From an uncultured Chloroflexia bacterium (GTDB lineage: Bacteria > Chloroflexota > Chloroflexia > QHBQ01 > JADMIH01), in NCBI GenBank assembly GCA_963797095.1, contig CAWCNY010000003.1:320001-384000 (forward strand): 64,000 nt of DNA. The letters are read 5' to 3'. The position numbers were made by a program, and so were the translations under genes. Each line of letters opens with the position of its first letter. The stretch's first letter is position 1. Under the pieces are notes generated by a model, which was given only the letters and a program-made list of their open reading frames with translations, had not been told where the DNA came from and ran no database searches. Below, in pieces: positions 48,743-61,286 of the stretch.

Positions 48743-49855
48743 ATGACCACCGACGCGAACCGCTACCGCATAAACTGGCAGGACGAGATCGATAGCGCCG
48801 CTCTCTATCGTGCCGTGGCCGATGCCGAATCCAACCCTCAGCTAGCCCAGGTCTATCGGAAACTGGCCGACACCGAAGAAGCCCACGCAGCCTTCTGGGA
48901 AACCCGGCTTCGCGATGCCGGCCAGCCTGTGCCACCTCGCCGCGTTGGCTGGCGGGCGCGCGTGCTTGCCATGCTGGCCCGGCGCTTCGGCGCATCCTTC
49001 GTCCTCCCCACCATCAGCAACCTGGAACGTTCAGACAGCGCCGGCTACAGCGCCCAACCGGAGGCCGCAGGCACTCCTATGCCCTCAGAAGAGCGCTCGC
49101 ACGCCCGCCTCCTCCGTACCATCACAGGGGGTATGGAAGGGAGCGACATCGCCCAGATCGAGGGTCGGCACAGGGCCAGCAGCGGCAACGCCCTGCGCGC
49201 CGCCGTGCTCGGAGCCAACGACGGTCTCCTCTCCAATTTCAGCCTCATCATGGGCGTCGCCGGGGCGCAACTCAACGCCACCACCATCCTGATCACGGGC
49301 TTCGCTGGCCTCCTGGCGGGCGCAGGCTCTATGGCGATGGGCGAATGGATATCGGTCCAAAGCTCCCGCGAGCTTTACACGCGCCAGATTCGCGTTGAAG
49401 AGATGGAGCTTGAGGAGGTGCCCGAAGAAGAGGAAGAAGAGCTTGCCTTGATCTACCAGGCGAAGGGCGTGCCCGAAAAAGAGGCCCGCAACATGGCCCA
49501 CCGCATCATGGCAGACCGGGCCAGCGCCCTCGACACCCTATCGAGGGAAGAACTCGGCATTGATCCCAAAGAATTAGGCGGCTCTGCCTGGGAGGCCGCC
49601 ATTACATCGTTCGTGCTGTTCGCCCTCGGTGCGATTGTGCCCGTGGCCCCCTTCATCTTCTTCACAGGGTGGGCGGCGGTCCTCACCAGCGCCGTGCTCA
49701 GCGCCATCGCGCTCTTCGGCATCGGCGCGATAATCACCCTCCTCACAGGTCGCAGCGTGCTTTTCTCCGGCACACGCCAGGTGGTGATCGGTCTCGCGGC
49801 AGCGGCCCTTACCTACGGCCTGGGCCAACTCCTGGGCGTTGCTATCAAAGGCTGA
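48743..49855 (+). CDS. VIT1/CCC1 Fe/Mn transporter with rubrerythrin-like N-terminal domain
   Basis: EIDSAALY...EEAHAAFW; LRAAVLGANDGL, SMAMGEWIS. Confidence 0.9.
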   Translation: MTTDANRYRINWQDEIDSAALYRAVADAESNPQLAQVYRKLADTEEAHAAFWETRLRDAGQPVPPRRVGWRARVLAMLARRFGASFVLPTISNLERSDSAGYSAQPEAAGTPMPSEERSHARLLRTITGGMEGSDIAQIEGRHRASSGNALRAAVLGANDGLLSNFSLIMGVAGAQLNATTILITGFAGLLAGAGSMAMGEWISVQSSRELYTRQIRVEEMELEEVPEEEEEELALIYQAKGVPEKEARNMAHRIMADRASALDTLSREELGIDPKELGGSAWEAAITSFVLFALGAIVPVAPFIFFTGWAAVLTSAVLSAIALFGIGAIITLLTGRSVLFSGTRQVVIGLAAAALTYGLGQLLGVAIKG

Positions 49856-49856
49856 C

Positions 49857-50984
49857 CTACTCCCCCAACAGCCACTTGTCCATCAGCGCCCGCGTCACAG
49901 GCCCGGTCTGAATATACCGGATGATCCCGTCCTTATCTATAAAGAAGGTGGTCGGGATCGGCAAAACGTGGTAAGTGCTGACCACCCCGCTATCCAGGTC
50001 GGGCAACAGCGGGAACCCCATCCCGAATTCATCGGCAAACGCCTTGATCGTGGAGGTGTCGCTCTGCGTCGCCACCCCCAGTATCTGGTAACTCCCCCCG
50101 CCCTCAGTTTCCTTGTACATCTGGGAGATTATGGGTATCTCTGCGCGGCAGGGTGGGCACCACGTCGCCCAGAAGTTGATCATCACCGGCTTGCCTTTCA
50201 GGCTTGACAGCGTGACCGCCTTCCCATCTACATCCCTCAGTGTGAAATCGGGCGCTTCCGCTCCCACCCTGGGCGCAGGCCCCGACCCCGGCGCTTTAAA
50301 TCGCTCGATCTTGGTGGTATCGGCAAGGCTCTGGAACCACTGGTTTGACAGGTTTTGCCTGTCGGTCTGGGTCTGCCCGCTCCCGGTCACCATCTGGATA
50401 TCTTTCAAAATCAGCAGCGTGTTCGCGCTGTACTGGCGAAGATCGTCCATAGTCAGGTTGTACCAACTCAGCATCTCGTCCAGGTCCCCAAGTTCGTGCC
50501 CCGATCCCGAAGCTATCTCTGTGACATCCTTATCTACCTCGCTGTTGGTCACTACCATGCCCGCTCTTTGGGCGTCCTGCACCTCCATTAGCTCGGTAAT
50601 CATATCTTCCAGGGCCGAAGTAGCGTTGGGCGGGTTGGTCACCGCGCGGCTGTACAGTTCGTTCAGGAACTTGAGCAGATCCAGCCTCTTCGCTACATCC
50701 TGCTGGTATATGAACTGGCCGTTCACCCGCGCCACCGCGCTATCCGGTATATTGGCGAGAGGGTTCGTGATCCAGGCCCACGCTATCGCCGCCGCCAATA
50801 CCACAATGATACCCACAGCAAGGACCGTGTATCGTCTGCGCGCCCTGGCTTTGGCCGCCGCCCTCGTAGGAGAAAGCACCACCGGGGTTTCCCTCACAGG
50901 CTCCGCCTCGCGGTGCGCCCTACCCCCGCTCTCGATCTCCACCTCGAACGTGATTCTCTTTTTGGTCGGTTCTGTCTTACTCAT
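49857..50984 (-). CDS. Membrane-anchored SurA-N-like + TlpA/ResA redoxin fusion
   Basis: TM, VARVNGQFI; APDFTL, NFWATWCPPCRAEIP, IPTTFFID. Confidence 0.85.
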   Translation of the reverse strand: MSKTEPTKKRITFEVEIESGGRAHREAEPVRETPVVLSPTRAAAKARARRRYTVLAVGIIVVLAAAIAWAWITNPLANIPDSAVARVNGQFIYQQDVAKRLDLLKFLNELYSRAVTNPPNATSALEDMITELMEVQDAQRAGMVVTNSEVDKDVTEIASGSGHELGDLDEMLSWYNLTMDDLRQYSANTLLILKDIQMVTGSGQTQTDRQNLSNQWFQSLADTTKIERFKAPGSGPAPRVGAEAPDFTLRDVDGKAVTLSSLKGKPVMINFWATWCPPCRAEIPIISQMYKETEGGGSYQILGVATQSDTSTIKAFADEFGMGFPLLPDLDSGVVSTYHVLPIPTTFFIDKDGIIRYIQTGPVTRALMDKWLLGE

Positions 50985-51688
50985 ACCAGTGCCACTTCAT
51001 GATGTATCCGGTCCACGATGTACACGTGAGCCTCGCCGCCCAGCTTCCCCACTACCAGCGAAGCCAGGTCATCACAAGCCCTTCTCAACGGCTCGCTCCC
51101 CATCTCCGGCAGCGCCTCTATGCACAGAAATGCCCGTTTCGTGCCCTCAGTCAGCTTCGTACGCTCGGCTTCGCGCCAGTTCCACGAGCGGCATAGCACC
51201 CCCACATCGTCGCGGTAGATCACCTCTCCGGGCTGCGGCGGCTGCTCCTCCTCGGAGCCAAGCGGCACAAAATGCTCCCCACCCTCGGCGCGCATCAATC
51301 TTATGTCGCCTCTGACGCTATCGAGGTCCTCGCCACCGCAAGGCAAGAAGTACTTGAGCGACACACTATTGTAAAGGTCCACCAGCGGGTTGATGCTCCG
51401 AACGTTCCCGTTGCGGGCCGACCTCAGCAAGCTCTCAATTGATGACCTGTACTTGTTCGGCTTCATGCCAAATGCCGCGTAGGCGCTCCGCCAGGGGGCT
51501 ATGGCGGGGTGTCCCGCGATCTCCTCGTCCCCGATACGCGATGCCGCTTCGCGCATCCGGTTCGCAAGCAGAGGGGCCGTGATCTCGCTGGCCTCCCCTG
51601 TATTGTCGAGACCACTTACCGTTACTATCCCGATAACAGTCCCAGCAAAGAGGGACCGCAAACTCTCCTCAACGCGAAAGCGCATCAT
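50981..51688 (-). CDS. B3/4 domain (PheT-like, tRNA-editing) protein
   Basis: WRSAY...SSIESL, INPLVDLYN, CRSWNWRE. Confidence 0.88.
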   Translation of the reverse strand: MMRFRVEESLRSLFAGTVIGIVTVSGLDNTGEASEITAPLLANRMREAASRIGDEEIAGHPAIAPWRSAYAAFGMKPNKYRSSIESLLRSARNGNVRSINPLVDLYNSVSLKYFLPCGGEDLDSVRGDIRLMRAEGGEHFVPLGSEEEQPPQPGEVIYRDDVGVLCRSWNWREAERTKLTEGTKRAFLCIEALPEMGSEPLRRACDDLASLVVGKLGGEAHVYIVDRIHHEVALV

Positions 51689-52480
51689 TTAGGACTGCGG
51701 GGTTATATCAATAGCGGGGCCGAACTGAGCCAGGAACGCCATCGAATTGGTAACGATCAAAATACCCATGAGCACCAGGAACACGCCGCTGACCAGCGAC
51801 ACGATGTTCACATGGTCGACCACCTTCCAGTTGCCCACCTTGACCGTATACATCTTGCGCGTGACCTTCTTGAGCCACCCCGCGATCTGTCCCATCGCCA
51901 ACCCTGCTACCAGGAACGGGATACCCAACCCAATCGAATAAGCCAGGAAAGGCACAAAAGCCTTGTCAGGCTCCCCATTCAGCGCCAGTGTGATCAATAT
52001 GCCAAGCCAGTAGCTTATGCACGGCGTCCACCCGATGGCGAAGCCGATCCCGATCAGAAACGACCGCAAATATCCCAGGTTCGACGCTGGCCGTATATCC
52101 AACCGGCGGGTGTAATCGAGAAAGGGTATTTTGATCACGCCCATCGCGTTCAAGCCGAACACGATCAGCACCAGGCCCATAACCCATTGCAGAAGCGACC
52201 TGTTGGCCCTGAACAACTCGCTGACCGCGCCCGCCAGGCTCCCCACTACCACCACAAAGATGAAGGTAAATCCCAGCACGAACATCAGCGAATGCAGCAG
52301 CGCGATCCACCGCACATTGGCTGTGGAAACAGTCGCTGCCGCCGCCCCACCACGCCGCGCGTCGGTCACAACCGACCCACCGAGGTACCCGATATAAGCA
52401 GGTATGAGCGGCAGCACACACGGCGACAAGAACGACAGCAGCCCAGCCGCGAATGCTACAAACAGTGATGGTGCTTCCAT
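51689..52480 (-). CDS. ccdA: Cytochrome c biogenesis/disulfide transfer protein CcdA
   Basis: AGLLSFLSPCVLPLIP, GWTPC, YSIGLGIPF. Confidence 0.92.
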   Translation of the reverse strand: MEAPSLFVAFAAGLLSFLSPCVLPLIPAYIGYLGGSVVTDARRGGAAAATVSTANVRWIALLHSLMFVLGFTFIFVVVVGSLAGAVSELFRANRSLLQWVMGLVLIVFGLNAMGVIKIPFLDYTRRLDIRPASNLGYLRSFLIGIGFAIGWTPCISYWLGILITLALNGEPDKAFVPFLAYSIGLGIPFLVAGLAMGQIAGWLKKVTRKMYTVKVGNWKVVDHVNIVSLVSGVFLVLMGILIVTNSMAFLAQFGPAIDITPQS

Positions 52481-52505
52481 AGGCTATCTCCTCAGTGAAT
52501 AATGC

Positions 52506-52757
52506 TCAAACCTTGCGCGCCCTGTCGAAGTAGGCCCTCAAATCATGCTCGGTAATCGGCGCGCTCAATCTGCCCTCACGCGCCCCCACCACTTCCACCA
52601 CAGGGATGACGTTCCTAAGCTCCTCATAGATTGCCATATCATTGAGGATGTTCACCTCCGTAAGCTCCATCCCGTATCTCGGTGTGAGCTTGTCCAACAG
52701 GAGAAGAGCCTCGTCACACAGATGGCAGCCAGGCTTGGTGTAAACAGTTACGCGCAT
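52506..52757 (-). CDS. Glutaredoxin-like protein (DUF836)
   Basis: YTKPGCHLCDEA, IPV. Confidence 0.85.
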   Translation of the reverse strand: MRVTVYTKPGCHLCDEALLLLDKLTPRYGMELTEVNILNDMAIYEELRNVIPVVEVVGAREGRLSAPITEHDLRAYFDRARKV

Positions 52758-52934
52758 AAGGACCAGGGAAAGGGGTCAGAGACCATACATAGATTGGGCA
52801 ACAAACATGGTAGCCGCTATTGGTCATTATACGGAGCGTGCCGCCGGGGTGTCAACAACTCGCCGGTATGTTACAATGGATGTTGCCCCCGTAATGCGGG
52901 CTACAGCGTTGTATCCACCAATGGAGGTTCAAAT

Positions 52935-54293
52935 ATGGTCATGCAATCCGATCTCTCCAGCGAGATCAAGTCCGAAATGCCCGACATCCACACACCGCTC
53001 CCGGGCCCCGAGGCCAAACCTGTATTGGAGCGCGATGAAGCCGTTATCTCACCGTCCTACACCCGCTCCTATCCCTTCGTGATGGACCACGGCAAGGGGA
53101 GCCACGTCTGGGACGTAGACGGCAACCGCTACATAGATTTCACAGCAGGCGTAGCCGTGCTCGCCACGGGCCATGCCCACCCTGAGGTCGTAAAAGCCAT
53201 CCAGGAGCAGGCCAAGCGCTACATCCACATGGCGGGCACAGATTTCTATCTGCCCAACGCCGTCGAGCTTGCCGAAGCCCTCACCCGCATCACCCCCGGC
53301 AGCTTCGACAAGCAGGTATTCTTCACCAACTCCGGCACCGAATCGATAGAAGCCGCCATGAAGCTCTGCCGCCACCATACCGGCAGGCCGGTGTTGATCT
53401 CCTTCATGGGTGGGTTCCACGGACGCACCTACGGCTCGATGTCGCTCTCCTCAAGCAAGTACTTGCATCGCACCGGCTACCAGCCCCTTGTCGCCGGTAT
53501 CTATCAAGCGCCATACCCCAACACCTACCGCCCGCCCCTCGATGCCGCCCCCGACAAGTTGGGCCGCGCGTGTGTCGATTACATTGAGAAGACCATGTTC
53601 CGCCACCTGGTATCGCCCAAAGAGGTCGCGGGTATCTTCGTGGAACCGATCCAGGGCGAAGGCGGCTACATCGTCCCACCCGACGATTTCTACCCCGCCC
53701 TCCGCGACCTTTGCGACCGCTACCACATACCTCTGGTTATGGACGAAGTGCAGTCGGGCATGGGTCGCACAGGCAAGATGTTCGCAATCGAGCACTGGGG
53801 TATCGAGCCTGACATCGTCTGCATCGCCAAGGGGATCGCTTCCGGTATGCCGATGGGCGCTATCGTGGCTCGCAAGACCATCATGGAGACCTGGCCCTCA
53901 GGCGCGCACGCCAACACCTACGGCGGCAACGCCCTCGCCTGCGCCGCTGCCCTCACCACCATCCGCCTCCTCGAAGAAGGGATGGTCGAGAACGCCGCTA
54001 AGGTGGGCGAGCACATGAAGGCCCGCCTGCAAACCTGGATGGACCGCTATCCCTTCATTGGTGACGTGAGAGGCAAGGGCCTCATGCTCGCCGTCGAGAT
54101 CGTCTCCGACCGCGTGAACAAGACCGCCGATCCCGCTCTCCGCGACAAGATCGTAGACCTATCGTTCGAGAACGGCCTCCTTCTCCTCGGCGCAGGACTC
54201 AACGCCATCCGCTTCTGCCCGCCCCTCAACATCGATGAAGCAACCATCGACGCGGGCCTTGAGGTAATGGAAAAGGCGATGGACTCGCTCTAG
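52935..54293 (+). CDS. Class III PLP aminotransferase (GabT/acetylornithine-like)
   Basis: WDVDGNRYIDF, NSGTES, EPIQGEGG, DEVQSGMGRTG, AKGIASG. Confidence 0.92.
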   Translation: MVMQSDLSSEIKSEMPDIHTPLPGPEAKPVLERDEAVISPSYTRSYPFVMDHGKGSHVWDVDGNRYIDFTAGVAVLATGHAHPEVVKAIQEQAKRYIHMAGTDFYLPNAVELAEALTRITPGSFDKQVFFTNSGTESIEAAMKLCRHHTGRPVLISFMGGFHGRTYGSMSLSSSKYLHRTGYQPLVAGIYQAPYPNTYRPPLDAAPDKLGRACVDYIEKTMFRHLVSPKEVAGIFVEPIQGEGGYIVPPDDFYPALRDLCDRYHIPLVMDEVQSGMGRTGKMFAIEHWGIEPDIVCIAKGIASGMPMGAIVARKTIMETWPSGAHANTYGGNALACAAALTTIRLLEEGMVENAAKVGEHMKARLQTWMDRYPFIGDVRGKGLMLAVEIVSDRVNKTADPALRDKIVDLSFENGLLLLGAGLNAIRFCPPLNIDEATIDAGLEVMEKAMDSL

Positions 54294-54316
54294 TATTCGA
54301 CTCCTGTAATAACGGA

Positions 54317-54343
54317 AATGGGCCGCCCGCCGGGCGGCCCATT
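54317..54343. terminator. Hairpin between convergent genes
   Basis: AATGGGCCGCCC-GCC-GGGCGGCCCATT. Confidence 0.7.
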
Positions 54344-54364
54344 GCATTTAGCTCAGTGTTGCTT

Positions 54365-54760
54365 TTATAGCCCGTGCGAGTTGTCCAACAGATAGGTATA
54401 GAACCCATATGCCGCGATACACACCAGCGACGAAGCCAGCGAAGTCGCCAGTACCCGCAAAAGGGCCTGCGCGAAACCTGTAATCGAGTGATCCGCCTGC
54501 CCGGCAAAGAGTGCCAGCATTACGAGGAACACCACCAATGGAATAAGCGAGAAGATCCGCCGGGCTGTGTGCAGCCTGGGGTCATTGTTGCGTGTTGAGT
54601 TGCTTGCCCAGTCAGATTGTCGAGAAAGCTCTACGTCGAGCGAGCGTAGTATCGTCGAGATCGTGCTGTAGTTGCGCTGTCCGGCCTGTTGTAACACTGC
54701 GGTTGCCCCCTGCGTTGTAGAACGCATGTGAAAAGCTAAGGGGAGCGGCCCAGCTGCCAA
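54365..54760 (-). CDS. Hypothetical two-TM protein (start uncertain)
   Basis: Two hydrophobic helices. Confidence 0.45.
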   Translation of the reverse strand: MAAGPLPLAFHMRSTTQGATAVLQQAGQRNYSTISTILRSLDVELSRQSDWASNSTRNNDPRLHTARRIFSLIPLVVFLVMLALFAGQADHSITGFAQALLRVLATSLASSLVCIAAYGFYTYLLDNSHGL

Positions 54761-54923
54761 GCCAAGCTAGCGAAGTGCCACACGCCAACTGCTCGTCTCA
54801 AATCAGAACCCTGAGATACCCTGACCAGCAGGCCGCTCTAGCTGTTCCCAGTGTACCCCAGCGAACTACCCTCGTATATAGCTAACTTGGGCTATTCTCA
54901 CACAGACAGAATTACCAGGACCC

Positions 54924-55115
54924 CTACTGTCCGATGGTCCCGATGTGCGAAATAGCCCACACAATTATCATCCCTCCGAGTACCACAAACATGGCGATCA
55001 TGGCCCAATACATGCAGCTAGGACCTATCAAATCGTCCGGGTTCAGGCGCGACCTTCGACGCGCCATTTCTTCCGAGAGCTCAACCGTCTCATTCGACTC
55101 AGGATCGACTGACAT
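54924..55115 (-). CDS. Small single-TM protein
   Basis: RBS GAGGAG, C-terminal TM. Confidence 0.6.
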   Translation of the reverse strand: MSVDPESNETVELSEEMARRRSRLNPDDLIGPSCMYWAMIAMFVVLGGMIIVWAISHIGTIGQ

Positions 55116-55178
55116 AGCTTCTCCTCTGGTGTAGTTTTAGGTTCACAAAAGTATAGCACAAGGCAAGCCCGGCGCTCA

Positions 55179-55862
55179 CTACGCTTTCGGCCTGCTTACA
55201 TACACGTGCTGCGCGATCTCCCTCTCCACCCTCTGCGGAACGCTACTTTCCTCCAATATGTCATCACCATCCAGTACTACTTCAACAGAGCCATCCGAAG
55301 AATCATGCCCTCTAACCCTGAGAGCCACATTTGGAAGCAAGCCAAGCTCCGCCGCGTGCCGCAACAGCTCAGGGTTATCATCCGGTATGTGCTGCACCAC
55401 CGATGATGTACCGGGTGTCAGATCGTACAGTGTGATCATGTCGCGCTCGGTTACTGTTCCAGAGGAACTCGGGATCGGTGCGCCATGAGGATCGAACTGC
55501 GGATAGCCTAACCTGGCATCGATCCTCTCCTCCAGGTAGGGCGAGATCGCGTGCTCCAACCTCTCCGCTTCATCATGCACTCGATCCCACGGCACGCCGA
55601 GATACTGGTTGAGGTACAACTCGATAAGCCTATGTCGCCGGATTACCCGCAGGGCCTCGGCCATCCCTTTGTCCGTCAGGATCACTCCCTTGTACCTGGT
55701 GTAGTCGACCATAGCCTGGTTCTGGAGCCACTGCAACATGGAGGTAACAGAAGCCGCGCGCACACCAAGCGCCTCAGCGATCGCGTTGGTGGTGGCGGGT
55801 GCGCCGTCTCGCTGAAGCTTATAAATAGCCTTCAAATAGTCTTCAACAGCCCGTGTGACCAT
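55179..55862 (-). CDS. DtxR/MntR family metal-dependent regulator
   Basis: EDYLKAIY, RRHRLIE, EAERLEH, DPHGAPIP, FeoA-like C-terminus. Confidence 0.93.
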   Translation of the reverse strand: MVTRAVEDYLKAIYKLQRDGAPATTNAIAEALGVRAASVTSMLQWLQNQAMVDYTRYKGVILTDKGMAEALRVIRRHRLIELYLNQYLGVPWDRVHDEAERLEHAISPYLEERIDARLGYPQFDPHGAPIPSSSGTVTERDMITLYDLTPGTSSVVQHIPDDNPELLRHAAELGLLPNVALRVRGHDSSDGSVEVVLDGDDILEESSVPQRVEREIAQHVYVSRPKA

Positions 55863-55961
55863 GATGCTATTGTATCACACAGGCATGGAACGCGGGCTAG
55901 TGCGTACTGCGTACTGCGTATTGCTTATCTTGCTTTCTCTATGTGGCGTGGGAATTTGTAT

Positions 55962-56164
55962 CACAAACATGAGGCATCCCGAATTTTAAATGCAGCTTCG
56001 CAGGCGCGCAATCGGGTTCTAAAAAGAGCGATATTGGCGGCGACGCCGCCAATATCGCTCTTTTTAGAAGGCCCCTCCCCAAATTTCGGGGAGGGGTGGG
56101 GTCTTTGACCATTTCCAATCTGTTTTACGCACGAATCCGAAATTCGGGATGCCTCATGTTTGTG
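55962..56164. mobile_element. MITE-like element with 25-bp perfect terminal inverted repeats and nested hairpins
   Basis: CACAAACATGAGGCATCCCGAATTT / AAATTCGGGATGCCTCATGTTTGTG; internal palindrome with 26-bp arms at 56017-56069. Confidence 0.75.
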
Positions 56165-56175
56165 GTTCGACAGAG

Positions 56176-58908
<2,733 letters not shown>

Positions 58909-58977
58909 CGTCGTAGTCTCCCTTTCAGGTTTGTCTCACCGCAGAGGCGCAGAGAGCGCGAAGGGTTCTGGAGGTTA

Positions 58978-59260
58978 AACAAAAAACCCTCTCGTCCGCG
59001 CAGGACGAAAGAGCATGCTTTCGTGGTACCACCTTGCTTCGGCGACCCGCCTACTCATGTACGCGAGTTCACCCTCTGACGGCTGTATCGGGCCTACCCG
59101 TGCGGGCTGAGAGGTATTTTGACCTGTTCACCCACAGGCTCCGGAGTGACCTTCGAACGCTTTTACCGCAAGAGGCTTACAGCCGGTGGCCTCTATTCTC
59201 TGTTAGCGGTCGGGAGCGTCCTACTCCTCTCCTTCACTGCCTTGCGTGTATGCGGTTGTA
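58978..59260 (-). ncRNA. T-box riboswitch (Val)
   Basis: AAGGTGGTACCACG T-box, terminator with U-tract, specifier loop GAAG-GUC-A (Val). Confidence 0.9.
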
Positions 59261-59265
59261 GGGGT

Positions 59266-59295
59266 ATTATACGTGCGTGTACGCCCTTTTGTCAA
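59266..59295 (-). promoter_or_regulatory. valS promoter
   Basis: TTGACA-N18-TATAAT. Confidence 0.8.
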
Positions 59296-59357
59296 TCGGT
59301 CGGGAGATGTAAGCAGGCGTATGCAAAGCCGTTGTCTGCCCCACCAGGATGAGCTAC

Positions 59358-59442
59358 GTCATTCTGAACAGTGAGATTACAGAATTGTTTCAGAAAACGA
59401 ACCAACAAAGAGGTTGTCATCCTTCACTTCGTTCAGAATGAC
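59358..59442. repeat. REP-like inverted repeat
   Basis: GTCATTCTGAAC ... GTTCAGAATGAC. Confidence 0.65.
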
Positions 59443-59590
59443 AAAGCCTAGTCAGGTAGCATTCGCCATTCGTACTATTGATTTTGCATTCGCCTTACAT
59501 GGGATCTTGACTCTTACGCAACGTCACGCCTTAGTATAGGTATTGTGCTTGCAAGCACCCCACAACCTATCACTGAGGAGTAACACTAGA

Positions 59591-60064
59591 ATGGAATCGA
59601 CCGAAGAAATCTACCCAATGCCCTCATTCCCGATACTGAACGTCGCGGATCTCGCCGTTTCGTCGCGTTGGTACCAGGAAGCCCTCGGTTTTCGGCATGT
59701 GTTCACCATGTCGGGGCCGGGCGGGGTGCCTCTGCTGGCGCACCTGCGATGGGTGAAGTACGCCGACCTGTTGCTCGGCGCACGTCCTGTGGAGCCTGGG
59801 CAGCGCGGGCTTGGCATGATCCTCAGTTTCAGCGCATTTCTGGCCGAAAGAAAGGTGGACGATATAGCAGCTCAGGCGGAAAAGTATGGAGCGCACATCG
59901 TCGCGCCCCCGGCTGATATGCCCTGGAACGCGCGCGAGTGCACTATTGCAGACCCCGACGGCTTCAGGCTCACCTTTACCGAGCCTATCAACATCGGCAG
60001 AAACTTCGAAGATGTGATCCAGCAAGCCAGCAGGGCGGAGATGGAACGCCCAGGGTCAAACTAA
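59591..60064 (+). CDS. VOC/glyoxalase family protein
   Basis: LNVADL..S.RWY..ALGF, DMPWNARE, DPDGFRL. Confidence 0.88.
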   Translation: MESTEEIYPMPSFPILNVADLAVSSRWYQEALGFRHVFTMSGPGGVPLLAHLRWVKYADLLLGARPVEPGQRGLGMILSFSAFLAERKVDDIAAQAEKYGAHIVAPPADMPWNARECTIADPDGFRLTFTEPINIGRNFEDVIQQASRAEMERPGSN

Positions 60065-60096
60065 GCTCGAATATATCGGATAGAGAGGACCATCAA

Positions 60097-61191
60097 ATGG
60101 CAACCGAGCGAATACCCTTCGTCAATCTCGTGGAGCTTGAGGCGCTGGCCCGCGAACAGCTCCGGCAGGCTCACTTCGACTATATAGCGGGCGCAGCAGA
60201 CGATGAAGTTACCCACCGCCGCAACCGGGAGGACTTCGAGCGCATCACCCTGCGCCCCCGTTACATGGTCGACGTGAGCAACATAGACACGACTACCACC
60301 GTGCTTGGCGAGTCTCTAGCGTTCCCGGTGCTGCTCGCGCCCGCCGCAGGCCACAAGCTATGCTGCCCCGACGGCGAGGAGGCAACGGCCAGGGCCGCCG
60401 CGAGCGCGGGCATTGCGATGATCCTCTCTACTCTCTCCACAGTCTCTATGGAAGATGTGGCCGCCACCTCGGACGGTCCCAAGTGGTTCCAACTCTACGT
60501 CTACAAGGACCGCGAGATCACCCGCCAGTTGGTGCAACGGGCCGAGGCGGCAGGCTATAAAGCTCTCTGCCTGACGGTGGATGTGCCCGTCATAGGCAAC
60601 CGCGAGCGCGACCTGCGCAACGCCTTCTCGCTCACCGACGAGTACCCTCTCGCCAACTTCCTTGGCATGGATATGGCGCAGATGCCCGCAGGCGTAATCA
60701 ACGAGTTGTCAGGCTTCACTGCGTACATCTCCTCTAAATGGGACCCCTCCCTCACCTGGGCCGACTTCGACTGGTTCCGCTCGATCACCAGCCTGCCTAT
60801 AGTGATCAAAGGGATCCTCACAAGTGAGGACGCTAAAGAAGCGGCGCAGCGTGGCGCGGACGGCATTATCGTGAGCAACCACGGCGGCAGGCAGTTGGAC
60901 AGCACCCCTTCCGGTATATCGGCCCTTCCCGAAGTGGTGGAGGCCATAGATGGCAAGTGCGAGGTGCTGGTAGACGGCGGGGTGCGCCGGGGCACCGATG
61001 TAATCAAAGCGCTCGCCTTAGGAGCACGCGCCGTTCTCATAGGTCGCCCCTATATGTGGGGCTTGGCAATAGCAGGAGAAAATGGCGTCAGCTCGGTGCT
61101 GGAAGTCCTGCGCCGCGAACTTGTAACCGCCATGGGCCTGACAGGTCGCCCAACCATAGCCAGCATAGATCGGACGCTGGTAAGTTGCTAG
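60097..61191 (+). CDS. FMN-dependent alpha-hydroxy-acid oxidase
   Basis: WFQLY, LTVDVP, VSNHGGRQLD, DGGVRRGTD. Confidence 0.93.
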   Translation: MATERIPFVNLVELEALAREQLRQAHFDYIAGAADDEVTHRRNREDFERITLRPRYMVDVSNIDTTTTVLGESLAFPVLLAPAAGHKLCCPDGEEATARAAASAGIAMILSTLSTVSMEDVAATSDGPKWFQLYVYKDREITRQLVQRAEAAGYKALCLTVDVPVIGNRERDLRNAFSLTDEYPLANFLGMDMAQMPAGVINELSGFTAYISSKWDPSLTWADFDWFRSITSLPIVIKGILTSEDAKEAAQRGADGIIVSNHGGRQLDSTPSGISALPEVVEAIDGKCEVLVDGGVRRGTDVIKALALGARAVLIGRPYMWGLAIAGENGVSSVLEVLRRELVTAMGLTGRPTIASIDRTLVSC

Positions 61192-61286
61192 TTCCGAGTT
61201 CCAAGTTGCTGGTTCCTGGTTGTTCATCGTCTATCGTCCTCCGACTACCGACTACCAGGAACTTGGAACTAGCAACTTGGAACTAC
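61190..61286. repeat. Heptamer hairpin cassette between convergent genes
   Basis: AGTTCC/GTTCCTG ... CCGACTA x2 ... GGAACTT arrays. Confidence 0.8.

Noticed and set aside
54800-54840. CTGAGATACCC as a TPP riboswitch
   Set aside because: Lacks the GAACCTGA and downstream consensus, and no thiamine gene follows
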